Shown: positions 52,331 to 64,000 of the stretch, in pieces
Numbering within the stretch: position 1 is the stretch's first letter
How the letters are laid out: each line of letters starts with the position of its first letter
Source of the DNA: Stegostoma tigrinum
Lineage: Eukaryota
Reading direction: 5' to 3'
NCBI RefSeq assembly: GCF_030684315.1
Contig: NC_081357.1
Span: forward strand, 57,461,517-57,525,516
Length of the DNA stretch: 64,000 nucleotides
Notes under the pieces: generated by a model
Database searches by the model: none
What the model saw: the letters and a program-made list of their open reading frames with translations, nothing else
What the model was told of the DNA's origin: nothing
Position numbers and translations under genes: made by a program

Positions 52331-55090
52331 GTCACATGGGACTTCGATGTTGTGGCTATTTCGGAGACATGGGTACAGCAGGGACAGGAATGGTTATTGC
52401 AGGTTCCGGGATTTAGATGTTTCAGTAAGGACAGAGAAGACGGTAAAAGAGGGGGAGGTGTGGTATTGTTGGTCAAGGACAGTATTACAGTTGCAGAAAG
52501 GATGTTTGGGGACTCGTCAACTGAGGTAGTATGGGCTGATGTTAGAAACAGGAAAGGAGAGGTCACCCTGTTGAGAGTTTTCTATAGGCCTCCGAATAGT
52601 CCCAGAGATATACAGGAAGGGGTAGCAAAGATGATTCTCGAAAGGAGTGAGAGAGACAGGGTAGTTGTCATGGGGGACTTCGACTTTCCAAATATTGACT
52701 GGGAACACTATAGTTCAAGTACCATAGATGGGTCAGTTTTTGTCCAGTGTGTGCAGGAGGGCTTCCTGACACAGTATGTAGACAGGCCAACAAGGGGCGA
52801 AGCCACATTAGATTTGGTACTGGGTAATCAGCCTGGCCAAGTGTTAGATTTGGAAGTAGGTGAGCACTTTGGTGATAGCGATCACAATTCTGTTATCTTT
52901 ACTTTAGTGATGGAAAGGGATAGGTGTATACCACTGGGCAAGAGTTATAGCTGGGGGAAAGGCAATTACGATGAGATTAGACAAGATTTAGGGAGCACAG
53001 GATGGGGAAGGAAACTGCAGGGGATGGGCACATTAGAAATGTGGAGCTTATTCCAGGAAAAGCTCCAGTGTGTCCTAGATAAGTATGTACCTTTCTGGTA
53101 GGGAGGAAGCTGTAGAGTGCAGGAGCCGTGATTTACGAAGGAGGTGGAATCTCTGGTCAAGAGGAAGAAGGCGGTTTATGTTAGGATGAGATGTGAAGGC
53201 TCAGTTAGGGCGCTTGAGGGTTACAAGGGAGCCAGGAAAGACCGAAAGAGAGAGCTCAGAAGAGCCTGGAGGAGACATGAGAAGTTGCTGGCGGATAGGA
53301 TCAGGGTAAACCCTAAGGCTTTCTATAGGTATATACGGAATAAAAGAATGACGAGAGTAAGATTAGGGCCAATCAAGGATAGTATTGGGAAGTTATGTGT
53401 GGAGTCGGAGGAGATGGGGAAGCACTAAATGAATTTTTTTTACAGTATTCACTCAAGAAAACGACAATGTTGTCGAGAAGAATACTGAGATACAGGCTAC
53501 TAGACTAAGTGGATTGAGGTTCACAAGGAAGAGGTGTTAGAAATCCGACAGAGTGTGAAGATAGATAAGTCCCCTGGGCCGGATGGGATTTATCCTAGGA
53601 TCCTCTGGGAAGCCAGGGAGGAGATTGCCGAGCCTTTGGCATTGATCTTTAACTCGTCATTGTCTACAGGAATAGTGCCAAAGACTGGAGGATAGCAAAT
53701 GTGGTTCCCCTGTTCAAGAAGGGGAGTAGAGACAACCCTGGTAATTATAGACCAGTGAGCCTTACCTCAGTTGTTGGTAAAGTGTTGGTAAAGGTTATAA
53801 GAGATAGGATTTATATTCATCTAGAAAAGAATAATTTGATTAGGGATAGTCAGCACGGTTTTGTGAAGGGTAGGTCGTGCCTTACAAACCTTATTGAGTT
53901 TTTTGAGAAGGTGACCAAACAGGTAGATGAGAGTAAACCGGTTGATGAGGTGCATATGGATTTCAGCAAGGCGTTTGAACAGGTTCCCCACAGTAGGCTA
54001 TTGTACAAAATGCAGAGGAATGGGATTGTGGGAGATATAGCAGTTTGGATCAGAAATAGTCTTGCTGAAAGAAGGCAGAGGGTGGTGGTTGATGGGAAAT
54101 GTTCATCCTGGAGTCCAGTTACTAGTGGTGTACCGCAAGGGTCGGTGTTGGGTCCACTGCTGGATGACGGCATAGAAGGATGGGTTAGTAAATTTTCAGA
54201 CGACACTAAGGTCGGTGGAGTTGTGGAAAGTGACGAACGATGTTGTAGGTTACAGAGAGACATAGATAAGCTGCAGGGCTGGGCTGAGACATGGCCAATG
54301 GAGTTTAATGCAGACAAGTGTGAGGCGATACACTTTGGTAGGAGTAACTAGGATGCAAAGTACTGGGCTAATGGTAAGATTCTTGGTAGTGTAGATGAGC
54401 AGAGAGATCTTGGTGTCCATGTACACAGATCCTTGAAAGTTGCCACCCAGGTTGACAGGGCTGTTAAGAAGGCATGCAGTGTTTTAGCTTTTATTAATAG
54501 AGGGATCGAGTTCCGGAACCAAGAGGTTATGCTGCAGCTGTACAAAACTCTGGTGCGGCCGCACTTGGAATATTGCGTACAGTTCTGGTCACCGCATTAT
54601 AAGGAGGATGTGGAAGCTTTGGAAAGGGTGCAGAGGAGATTTACGAGGATGTTGCCTGGTATGGAGGCAAGGTCTTATGAGGAAAGGCTGAGGGACTTGA
54701 GGCTGTTTTCATTAGAGAGAAGAAGGTTGAGAGGTGACTTAATTGAGACATATAAAATAATCAGAGGGTTAGATAGGGTGGATAGGGAGAGCCTTTTTCC
54801 TAGGATGGTGACGGTGAGCACAAGGGGGCATAGCTTTAAATTGAGGGGTGAAAGATATAGGACAGATGTCAGAGGTAGTTTCTTTACTCAGAGAGTAGTA
54901 AGGGAATGGAACGCTTTGCCTGCAACAGTAGTAGATTCGCCAACTTTAAGTACATTTAAGTCATCATTGGATAAGCATATGGACGTACATGGAATAGTGT
55001 AGGTTAGATGGGCTTCAGATTGGTATGGCAGGTCAACACAACATCGAGGGCCGAAGGGCCTGTACTGTGCTGTAATGTTCTATGTTCTAT
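52331..55090 (+). mobile_element. CR1 (HER1-like) LINE: nearly complete ORF2 (APE plus RT) and 3' UTR, inactivated
   Basis: ORFs 52352-53101 (AISETW, GGGV, YRPPNS, MGDFDFP, LDLVL, SDHN), 53144-53428, 53701-54351 (NYRPVSLTS, QHGF, DFSKAF, GVPQGSVLGPLL, FSDD) and 54433-55002. Tail ends in (gttctat)2. Few stops or frameshifts. Confidence 0.97.
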
Positions 55091-56459
55091 GATATTTAAA
55101 AAATCATCTGCATCGTTTTATGTTGATCAGCCTCCATCTAGTGGCAGAACATGGACAGTGCATGAGGGGGTCCAGGGCTTCAGTCTAAGTTCAAACAGGA
55201 AACAGCAACCAGGAGAACAGCATCATCGAAAAGCAGCGCACTAGAAATTGTAAAATTAACAGCAGAGGTGAAAATGGGGGCTAGGAGATGAAGGACAGAA
55301 GGAGAGAAAAGGAGCAGAAAGAATTATCTTGAAATGAGAGCACACACAAGGCCAGGAGCCAGACTAGGAGCGTTGACTACGGTCCCTGATGGTGACAATA
55401 TGATGCTGCCGATTTTAAAAGTTAAAAATAAATGTTGGGAATGGGGACTGGAGGGTTGTGGGGACAGGTTCAGCTCTGACACAGGGAGCGGGAGCGGGAG
55501 CACTGAGGAAAAGATCAGATATGTAAGCAGGCCTCAGAACACAACATCTATGGTCACTGACTTTCAAATGAAACTTACAACCTTAACTGAATATTTTGAC
55601 ATGAATTTATTAATGATTTTAAAATGAAACAATGTTATCTGCAAGGACTTGTTGACCTAATGAGGAAAGACAATGTGAATAACATTTTCTTGGATTTTAA
55701 CCAGAACAATAGATGCAGAGGATTATTCTGTAAGATTCAGTGGATACAGCCTTTTATTTGTAAACCTGTGACCACACTAAACAGTATGTTCAAGTGACAA
55801 GTCCCCAGCCTGAGGCATCACTTGTCCCTGGCAACCGTATAAACATTTGATTTATTTTAATGTTTATCATTAAGGAAGGAATGAATTATTGAGTATGATG
55901 CTGTATGTCCTCTAAATTCTGTGGTTTCCTGCTATTTTGGAAAGTCCCTCACTGGCTTTTAGCATCATTGACATTATAATCTGCAAAAGAAATGCATATA
56001 CTTTACTGCTGTGAAAGGTGGTGCCACAACGGTTTACAAAATGCTGCTTTCAGAGTTTTTTTAAAAAACAAACAGCATACCAACCAGATGAAAGAAAAAA
56101 TGCATTTATTTAGCACCTTACAAGCTCAGAATGTCCAAATCCATTTCATTGGTAGTTTGGGGCACCATCAACACTCACACAGAGGCAAACAATACAGTCA
56201 ATTGAGACAAAATAAGGATGCTCAAACTAATGAACGAACAATCAGAAATCTTTTGATGATGTGCTGAGGGCCATCACAGAACTTGAACACAGAACCTTCG
56301 AGCAGAAATGATAGTGCTGTCGACTAAGTGAAGTTAATCCTCCGCTGCCTGAAGTTTAGACTCAGGTGGCTAAAATAAATAATAATTTTATGTATATGAA
56401 AGAATCTCATTTTTGTTCACAAATCTGGATGTATTTAGATGAATGGCAGGAATTTGACC

Positions 56460-56680
56460 TTATTCGTGAGTCGCTAAAAGCTACCAGTAGATGCAGCAAA
56501 CTGTTGCGAAAGTAAATGGTATACTGGCCTTCACTGTGAGGAATTTGAGTGTTGGAGTAAAGACGTCTTGTTGAAATTGTGTGGATCCTTGTAAGACTGT
56601 CCCTGGAGTACTTTGTCCAGTTTTGGTTCCTTTGAATATTGTGCTTCCATGAGAAAATGTCCTGGTTGCTTTGGGCAACT
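56460..56680 (+). mobile_element. Old CR1 fragment
   Basis: gcagcaaactgttgcgaaagtaaatggtatactggccttca...gagtaaagacgtcttgttgaaattgtg...ctggagtactttgtccagttttggttcc. Confidence 0.65.
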
Positions 56681-59600
56681 CTTCCTAAAAATCACACCAG
56701 CCGTCAGGAATTCACTTTGAGGAAATATGGCCATGACCGTATTGCTCCAAAGTGTACGTGTGTTTATGGCTTGAACAACCACATTGTCAGGCAACATTCA
56801 TGAAAATGCTTCATTCTTGGAGTATTTGGTATAACCCACACTTCTTTTATTCCATTCCTAAAATTACTTTGAAGAATTGGAATGAATTATGTATTTTTTT
56901 CCCTTCTGATTCCCTGAAGTTGCACGGTTCCTGGAAGTATCCTGTTGAAGACACACTTTGGGACTGTAATGACTACTTTAGCTGAACTGATGAATTTGTT
57001 TCCATGTAAAGTAACTGTAATCAACCAAATTATGATTTGTTGTATGGTTGCAGTGTGCATTCTGTTCCATTTTCAAGATACGTCTTGATTATTTAATTTT
57101 TTCAATATGTTCCCATTCCATGAGGCATTCACTTTCAAGAAAGTCAGTTGTTAATTTACGTTGTGACTTTCATCCGTCAAAACACTTCTCGGGCCAGTTA
57201 AGTAATAATGATGTGTATTTTACAATGAGTTACAATACAAAAGAATGGGAAAAACGCAGCGGGAAAAACCCAGGATTATGCAGTCAGGTCGCCAGACATG
57301 CATTACCCATGTGAGAACTGTGTAAAAACCTGAAATTACAAAAAAAAAGGAATGCTTTACTGGAATGAGCTCACTGTCCATGATTGTAGTAATTTTCCAT
57401 TATTCTTGTGGTGGTACGAAGTTATTGCTTTTTTCAGAAGGTTCATGTTTTCAAGTTGTCTGCAGCATTTATAGGGTAACTGTTACCAGGAAAGCTGTGA
57501 AAGTGTATTGGAAAATGCTGGAAATGTATGTCTCTCTTGTAACTTCCACAGCCTCTAGTTTTTGATGTGTAATGCTCCCAGGACTTGCCTACAGAACTTA
57601 CTGTCAGGTCACTTTATTACTTTGCCTGCCTTTGTTGTCTAGCCTATCTCTTCAAAGGTATCTTGAATTGACTGGCTCTTTCATGAGTCAATGTGAGTCA
57701 ATGGAAGTAGGGGTGTCTCCAGCATACAGGGGAATGGGCCAAGTTTTACAGGGAGGGAGCTTACAGGACAACCATGTTTCACCAACCTGTCAATGTTATC
57801 CACAACAAATGTACTGTCTTTTGAAAACTGCATTCATTTCACAACTTAGTGATTAATTCCATTAATAGAATACTAGGTAGGCAGTTTCATAAAAGTTGTT
57901 TTTTTGTTTATTTGAGTGATATCTCACTGGGTCTGCTAAACTAAATGCTATGTGGAACATCCTCTTTTGACATAATAGTCACAATAGACACCCATGCCAT
58001 GAGAAGTGGATCATAAAACATTAGTGTTACAGAAGTTAGGCCCTAAAAGATGCTAATCAGGAGCCAGACTGGGGAATGAGGAGCTTCTTCCAGAAATCTT
58101 CGCTCTCACATTGCTTCGATTGAACAAAAGATGTGGCTCAAACAAAGCCATATTTAAACTGACAGTCAACTGGGACCTGGATTAAAACTGCATACGATTG
58201 TCACCACATTAAAAAAAATCACCTGTGATTTTCCAATGTGTAACTTACCTTTGACTTTCCAAAATAATTTATTATTAGTTCCTAGAATAAACACTTGGAA
58301 AATATATCATATTCATGGAAAACACAGAGACATTTCGTATTATCACTGCATTTTCAAATGTTGCACACACGTGAACAGTGTTCTGCTTAGCCTATATTTC
58401 TGTAGTTGGGTTCTTACTTTCTCAGAGAACATAATGTGGAATATAGCCCAGATGTCAACATTAATTGCAACAATCCAGGCCACCTGAAGGAAATGATTAA
58501 CTTAGTTGTAATTCATGAGCTTGGATCAAATGTAAAAAAGTTTCACTTGACAACCTGGATTTTCATTCTTGATGTATTCATGTTTCAGCCTCGCCTCAGG
58601 AGAAGGCGACAGCAAAGACACAATTTTTAAAATTTGGAGCAAGTGGGCTGGCTGATCTGGAAAAGGGCTCAGAAATAGCCACAGGAGCTGCCTTATGCTT
58701 AGGTAGGCTGTTTGTAAGGCCAATCTTGGTGTTGTAGAATACTAAACAAATAAAAAAAGTTATTTCATCCTCAAACACTCACACTCCCTGTGTCCTATTC
58801 ATGCATTGTCATGTGAGCAACACAGCCTCCCATAACCTTTCATGTTATGCCACGGCACATATATGCTCATTTACCTATTGTAGAAACAATGAACTCCACT
58901 TTGACAATAGAATATGTTTTTTAAAAATGGTATCCATTCATTATTTTACAATAAGTTTTTAACAATGCTCTCTCACAACCAGACAATGAAAATGTCAATC
59001 ATTAAGACTCTTTAAAATATCAATAGCATAAACTGCAAGCACTTGAACTCAACATTTTCTAAACAGACACTGTGAAATTGTCAGTTGAGATCAGAACCAG
59101 AGCTGTCAACTATGCAGGGGCTCCAGTTTTTCGTAGTAACGCAAACAGTAACATATGCCAGACCTCTCAGTCTCATCTCCTTTAGGTATTCATCACAACT
59201 CTTTGAAAAGCTGGCTCCACTCCATGAAATCTTCAGAGGGCATGCTAACCTCCACAGTGGGGGGTCAGGAATGGTAGATGTGGGTTTGCAAATATAAGCC
59301 AGCTTGCACTCCTAAAATTTAACAGTATGAAATATCAGACAGCTCATGAATGGGTTTGGGAACTAGAATTGAGAACTGTTCGCCATTTTTAAAGGGTTTT
59401 TGAAATCTTTAAACTTAGCAAAAATCCAGGGCTAAATATTTTGTTTTAAATGTGTTTGTGACATCTGAAAGAAGTTTGCATGTTATATTTTACACAAAAC
59501 TAAAGGCCATGTCAAACTGTGTTAACAAAACGTACGATGTATTTGATGAACAATTGAACTGCTGCATGATTTAAAGAGGTGCCAGGACAGTCCAGCAATA

Positions 59601-60060
59601 TTGTCTTCTAACCGTGTATGAATTGGGTGTTTCATTTGTCCATTTGACAACTGTGTTTAATTGGCTGAAAAACGCTTTGGAATATCCCAAGAATGCAAGA
59701 GGTGCTTTTCAGTCATTATTTTGCCGCTGTCCATATATGTTTTACAGCAATGACAAGTGTAAGCAGTAAGTGAAGTGTGGAATTCATTACTCAGCACTCC
59801 ACACAACGAAGTTATAAATATAATCTAATGTGAACAAGATGTGGACTGCTTTCCTAATAGCTTTTAAAAATGCCTGAATGAAGGCACAAGCTGCATCCAG
59901 CTGAGTTCACTGGTAATGCTCAACATCAAGATGGACTTTTATCACAAGCCAAGCAACAAAACTGTTAAGCAGAAACCACAAATTGAAGACAAACGTATCA
60001 CTTGGAGAAGCTGCAAACTAAGCTCTAACATGGCAATGCATTGTTAGCCAGAGGTTGCAC

Positions 60061-60066
<6 letters not shown>

Positions 60067-60092
<26 letters not shown>
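60067..60092. repeat. (AG)13 microsatellite
   Basis: Perfect dinucleotide run. Confidence 0.95.
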
Positions 60093-60097
<5 letters not shown>

Positions 60098-61499
60098 TAC
60101 AAGCTGCTGACATCGCTGCTTGGGAAGACATTAGCCAGAGGCTGCAGATTGATAGAGAGTGGAAGGGGCACCAGCTGCAGAAAATGCTAACAGGAGATAC
60201 CAAACGGACAGGTGCTGATAAGAAGAAAGAAGCAGCTTGTGAACTAAAAATGACCTGTGCCCAGGTGCTAGTTCGAGCCAATTTAAATTGGTTTGAATTT
60301 ACTACGTTCTGCAAAAAAAGAAAAAGATGAGGTAATGTAAAAACTTTATTTGGAAGGGAAATAATGAGGTAATGCTACCTAAGCTTTTGGGCGAAGGCCA
60401 GTAAGGTAAAGGCAAGCAATAAGTGAATTAGCCTGAGCCAACAGGAAGAAGTCAGCATGACTTGGGAAAGATAAGAGAAAGAATAAAAAGAAGGCCATTG
60501 GGGGCATGCAGGCAATGACCACTCCAGCGACCAACCATTTCAGAAGCAGACCCTAACTCAAGGATGTGGTGATGACACCAAGTGTAGCGCTTGGCCAGTA
60601 TCAGCCCTCATTAACTGCAGCAGTAGTTATCCTGATTGGGTATTAGCTTTTATATTCTGTGACTACTTAGGGATTGTCAGTGGGCGTATAAGCAGCTTCT
60701 AGTTCCGTTTGTGGGAAAATATGTAAGTTCTAGTTTGTGATTAAAAACATTTAAGCACCATGTGTATTGTTTAAAACACTGCTAAAGTATTGCGTGAGTT
60801 CATGAGAATTGACTCTTCTCCTCCCTGTGCAAGCCGAGAACTACAGCTGTTGTTGTCTGGGCTCTCAACAACAACATAGACACGAGATATGAAGCAAACA
60901 GTAGTACAAACAAGTGAAAGAAAAACAACTGGCCAACAGTCATTATTGACAAGAATGGAAGACAGAATACATATTTATGTAAAGAGATGAATGCTAGCAA
61001 TATTATGCAATTAAGTGATAAAAAATGTGCTTATAAACACATAGAAGTATACTTTGCACTATGGATACACTTCTTAGATCACTACAATAATTAAAAATAA
61101 AATACTTTAAGAAATAGTTAAAATATTTTGATTCCTGTTGAGTACTAAAATGCTGAAGTTTAGTCTTCTCCTGAAAATACCAGTCAATGCTGCTCATGTG
61201 GTAAAACAGCAATCCAGTATGAATCAGGTACTACTATCATCTTAGTATGAATCAGGCATACAATTATGAAAGGCTAACATCTCCTTGAAACTAACTCAGC
61301 CACGACATTTAATGGTTATGCACTTGCAAAAGTAGGAAGGACAGCACTGTTCTAGGATCCTGAGCCACCATGCATGTCAAGTCAGGGATGCTCTAGTTGA
61401 TAATGTCACAAACATTAAACCATGCAAAATAGATTAGAGACCCAACATGATACAAGATGTAATTGCAGTGTATTCTTGAAATGAATGTGCAGCTAAATT

Positions 61500-62715
61500 A
61501 GAATTCAGACTGTAGATCTGAAATTTGGGTCTGCCTGATTTAGAAAGGCTGAAATAAGTATTGAAATATTTGTCAGCCTTTCTGAAGGACTAGGGGAGAG
61601 TTTTGATGCCAAATAAATGCTGGGATGGAGATGGGAGTGGTTGTAATTTGAGTCGGGGCGGAAGAGAAATATATAAAAATAAATCAAATTTAAGAGATTT
61701 GTTAACAAAGTTAGAATTCTTGGAATAAAAGAGACAGTACCAATGTGGATATAAGATTGGCTGACTGACAGGAAACATATTTATGGCTGTTGGATGTTAT
61801 CTGGGGCAGGGTAAGGTTTGTAGAAGAGTTGCCCAGGGGTCAGTACTGGGACATTTGCTGTTCCTGGTAAATATTAATACATTAATGATCTAAATCATAA
61901 CATGCAGTGAAAAAAAGTGAGGTGCTCAGTGTAGGAATCGAAAAGGACATAGACAATTTAATGGAGTTGATAGATAAATGGTAGACAAAGTTTAATGCTG
62001 AGAAGTGTGAGATGATTCATTTTGGTGAAAAATGGGCAGACATTTCAACAATTCATAAAGGGCTGCAAGAGAAAAGGGACTTGGGTATATATGTGCATAG
62101 ATTCATTGGCAGGCAGGTGGAACATATAACATTCTAGGCTTCATTAGCAGGGGCAAAGCATGCAAAAGCAGGGAGGTTATTTGTATCTGGTATCAAACAC
62201 TTGTTAGAGCACAGCTGGAACATTGCATACAGTTCTCAGTGACACATAAAAGAAATGGTACAAACTCATTGTACGGAAAGCAAAAGACAATTACAAGAAT
62301 GGTTTTAGGACCATTTCTTCAGTTGTGAGGACAGATCTCCAAAGTTAGGTCTGTTCTCCTTGGAGAGGAGGCAGCCTGGTGACGATCTGGCAGATATTTG
62401 CAAAATTGTGCGGAATCTGGATAGGGATAAACTATCCATTTGTGAAAGGATAAATGAGAGGACACAGATTAAAGTGATCTGCACAAAAAGCAAATAAGAT
62501 GGGAGAAAAAAAATCTTTGCACAGCAAGTGTTTTGAGTTGGATTGTATTGACTGGATGTTTGATGGAGGCAGATTCAATTGAGGCATTTAAGAGGGCATT
62601 AAAGGATTATTTGAATAGAAACAATGTGCAGGGTTATGCAGAAAAGGCAGGAGAATACATCATTTTCAAAGAGTACCGTTAGTACAGATGAGCCAAATGA
62701 CCATCTTTTGAAACG
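61500..62715 (+). mobile_element. Highly degenerate CR1 RT and 3' region
   Basis: tggatataagattggctgactgacaggaaaca, cccaggggtcagtactggga (PQGSVLG), tttaatgctgagaagtgtgagatgattcattttgg (FNAEKCEMIHFG). Confidence 0.8.
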
Positions 62716-63237
62716 GCTGTTTAGTGAAATCTTTTAAGGAAGCCTTAATCCACTCTCCATTTAACTCAATATTTTCTAAAACACAAAGAAAAAGCATGTT
62801 CTCAGAAAACCCATGTGGTAAAAGCAGGTGAGAACAGCCTTTATGGTACCAGTTGTTAGTTAGGTGGAGTGTTTCCCCTAGCCTGACAAGCTGATCTCCA
62901 CCCAAACGCTGCTTCTTGACATAGGAGTAAGAAGCCACCCACCCAATAGGACCGTAGTCTGCCATGATGCCTAGTGAGAGACAAAACAGTCAGACTGATG
63001 GTATTTAAATTACACACTTTAAGAATCCAAGCAATAGTGTCACGTACCAGATAAATACACAAGCCACAAAATATAGCATATTAACTTCTTCCATTAAATG
63101 ATTGCCCATGTTTATCCCTCATAGATGGGATGGCTCTCATTACATCCTGTCTAAATTACACCCAGTCATATAAACGAGATGCAATGCACAATTAAAAGTC
63201 TTCCCATGTTTCTCATGTTTTTCCTTTGCATCTTAAG

Positions 63238-63480
63238 GAAACATAAGTACCTTTCCATTCGGCCTACTCAGTCTGTCAATCATGGCTGAGCTTTTATATC
63301 AACTTTATTTTCTTGTCTAATCCCCATATGCTTTGATTCCGTTAGTGCCAAAAACTGTATGAATTATGTGAAAGCAGCGTTTTAATTGAATAAATATCTT
63401 CTCACTTCAGTATAAACTGACTAGTCGCTAAACCTGAGCATAGATAGTTTTAAAACTTTCCAAACAAGGTAAACGTCATC
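63238..63480 (-). mobile_element. Old CR1 3' tail
   Basis: gaaacataag...ccattcggccta...caatcatggctga...tccccatatgctttgattcc, reverse complement of a CR1 tail. Confidence 0.5.
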
Positions 63481-64000
63481 TCAGGGGTTTGACAAGGTAG
63501 ATGCTAAGAATTCTGAAAGTTTCAATCAGATAATTTCTCATTTTTCAGAAATCCAGAAAATACAGGCTCACTCTACTCAATCTTTCATTGGAGATTTCAG
63601 GTTGGATAAAAGGAGCTGTCAGTAGTCTCTAGGACTTTTGAAAATATATGAATGTAGTGATGATGCATGAGTATCATGGTCTTCAGGAGGGAACTTTGCT
63701 TCATTCAACACTGCTGCATGTATTACCTGTCTCGAGGGAGTTGGCAAATTTGTGGATGCACTTCTAACAGTCACAACTTTGCATAAATCACAGGTTCATA
63801 TATTCAATTGTTTCTTACCCAGAAACAAAGTACATTTTGAAATACAGGACCATATAGATGCAATGCATTACATTCTGAACTGAAATAACATGCAAACTAA
63901 ATCACTGAATAGGAAGAGATGTCGTACAGTTAGATGCTCCTGAATCTCTCTTTGTAGCTTACATAAGGTGGAGGAAGCTAGGGTCAAGTTCAGCTAGAGA

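Noticed and set aside
53850-54317. 155-aa antisense ORF
   Set aside because: Antisense shadow of the CR1 RT frame.
61216-61257. 13-bp direct repeat agtatgaatcagg (similarly atgaggtaatg at ~60328 and ~60364)
   Set aside because: Small local duplications with no array or further structure.

Overview
Eukaryotic, AT-rich, repeat-dense genomic DNA from a cartilaginous fish. The HE1-type V-SINEs, HER1/CR1 LINEs and Deu-domain SINE point to a shark; a carpet shark is plausible but only inferred. The only host coding sequence I can support is one 175-bp internal exon of NT5DC1 on the minus strand (28645-28819), so the window is most likely two large NT5DC1 introns. The rest is mainly retroelements: a near-complete CR1 ORF2 (52.3-55.1 kb), many CR1 3' fragments, a decayed CR1/L2-group LINE with a tRNA-SINE-like head, RTE and L2 relics, and Penelope-like (GIY-YIG) elements. 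Two observations stand out. First, a set of short Penelope pseudo-LTR derivatives, most carrying minimal hammerhead-ribozyme cores, occurs as palindromic, tandem and solo insertions, four of them with 12-16 bp target-site duplications. Second, a ~500-nt 28S rRNA fragment (peptidyl-transferase centre plus sarcin-ricin loop) is joined without a gap to a Penelope endonuclease fragment. Family names come from recalled consensus motifs, not database searches, and repeat boundaries are approximate.
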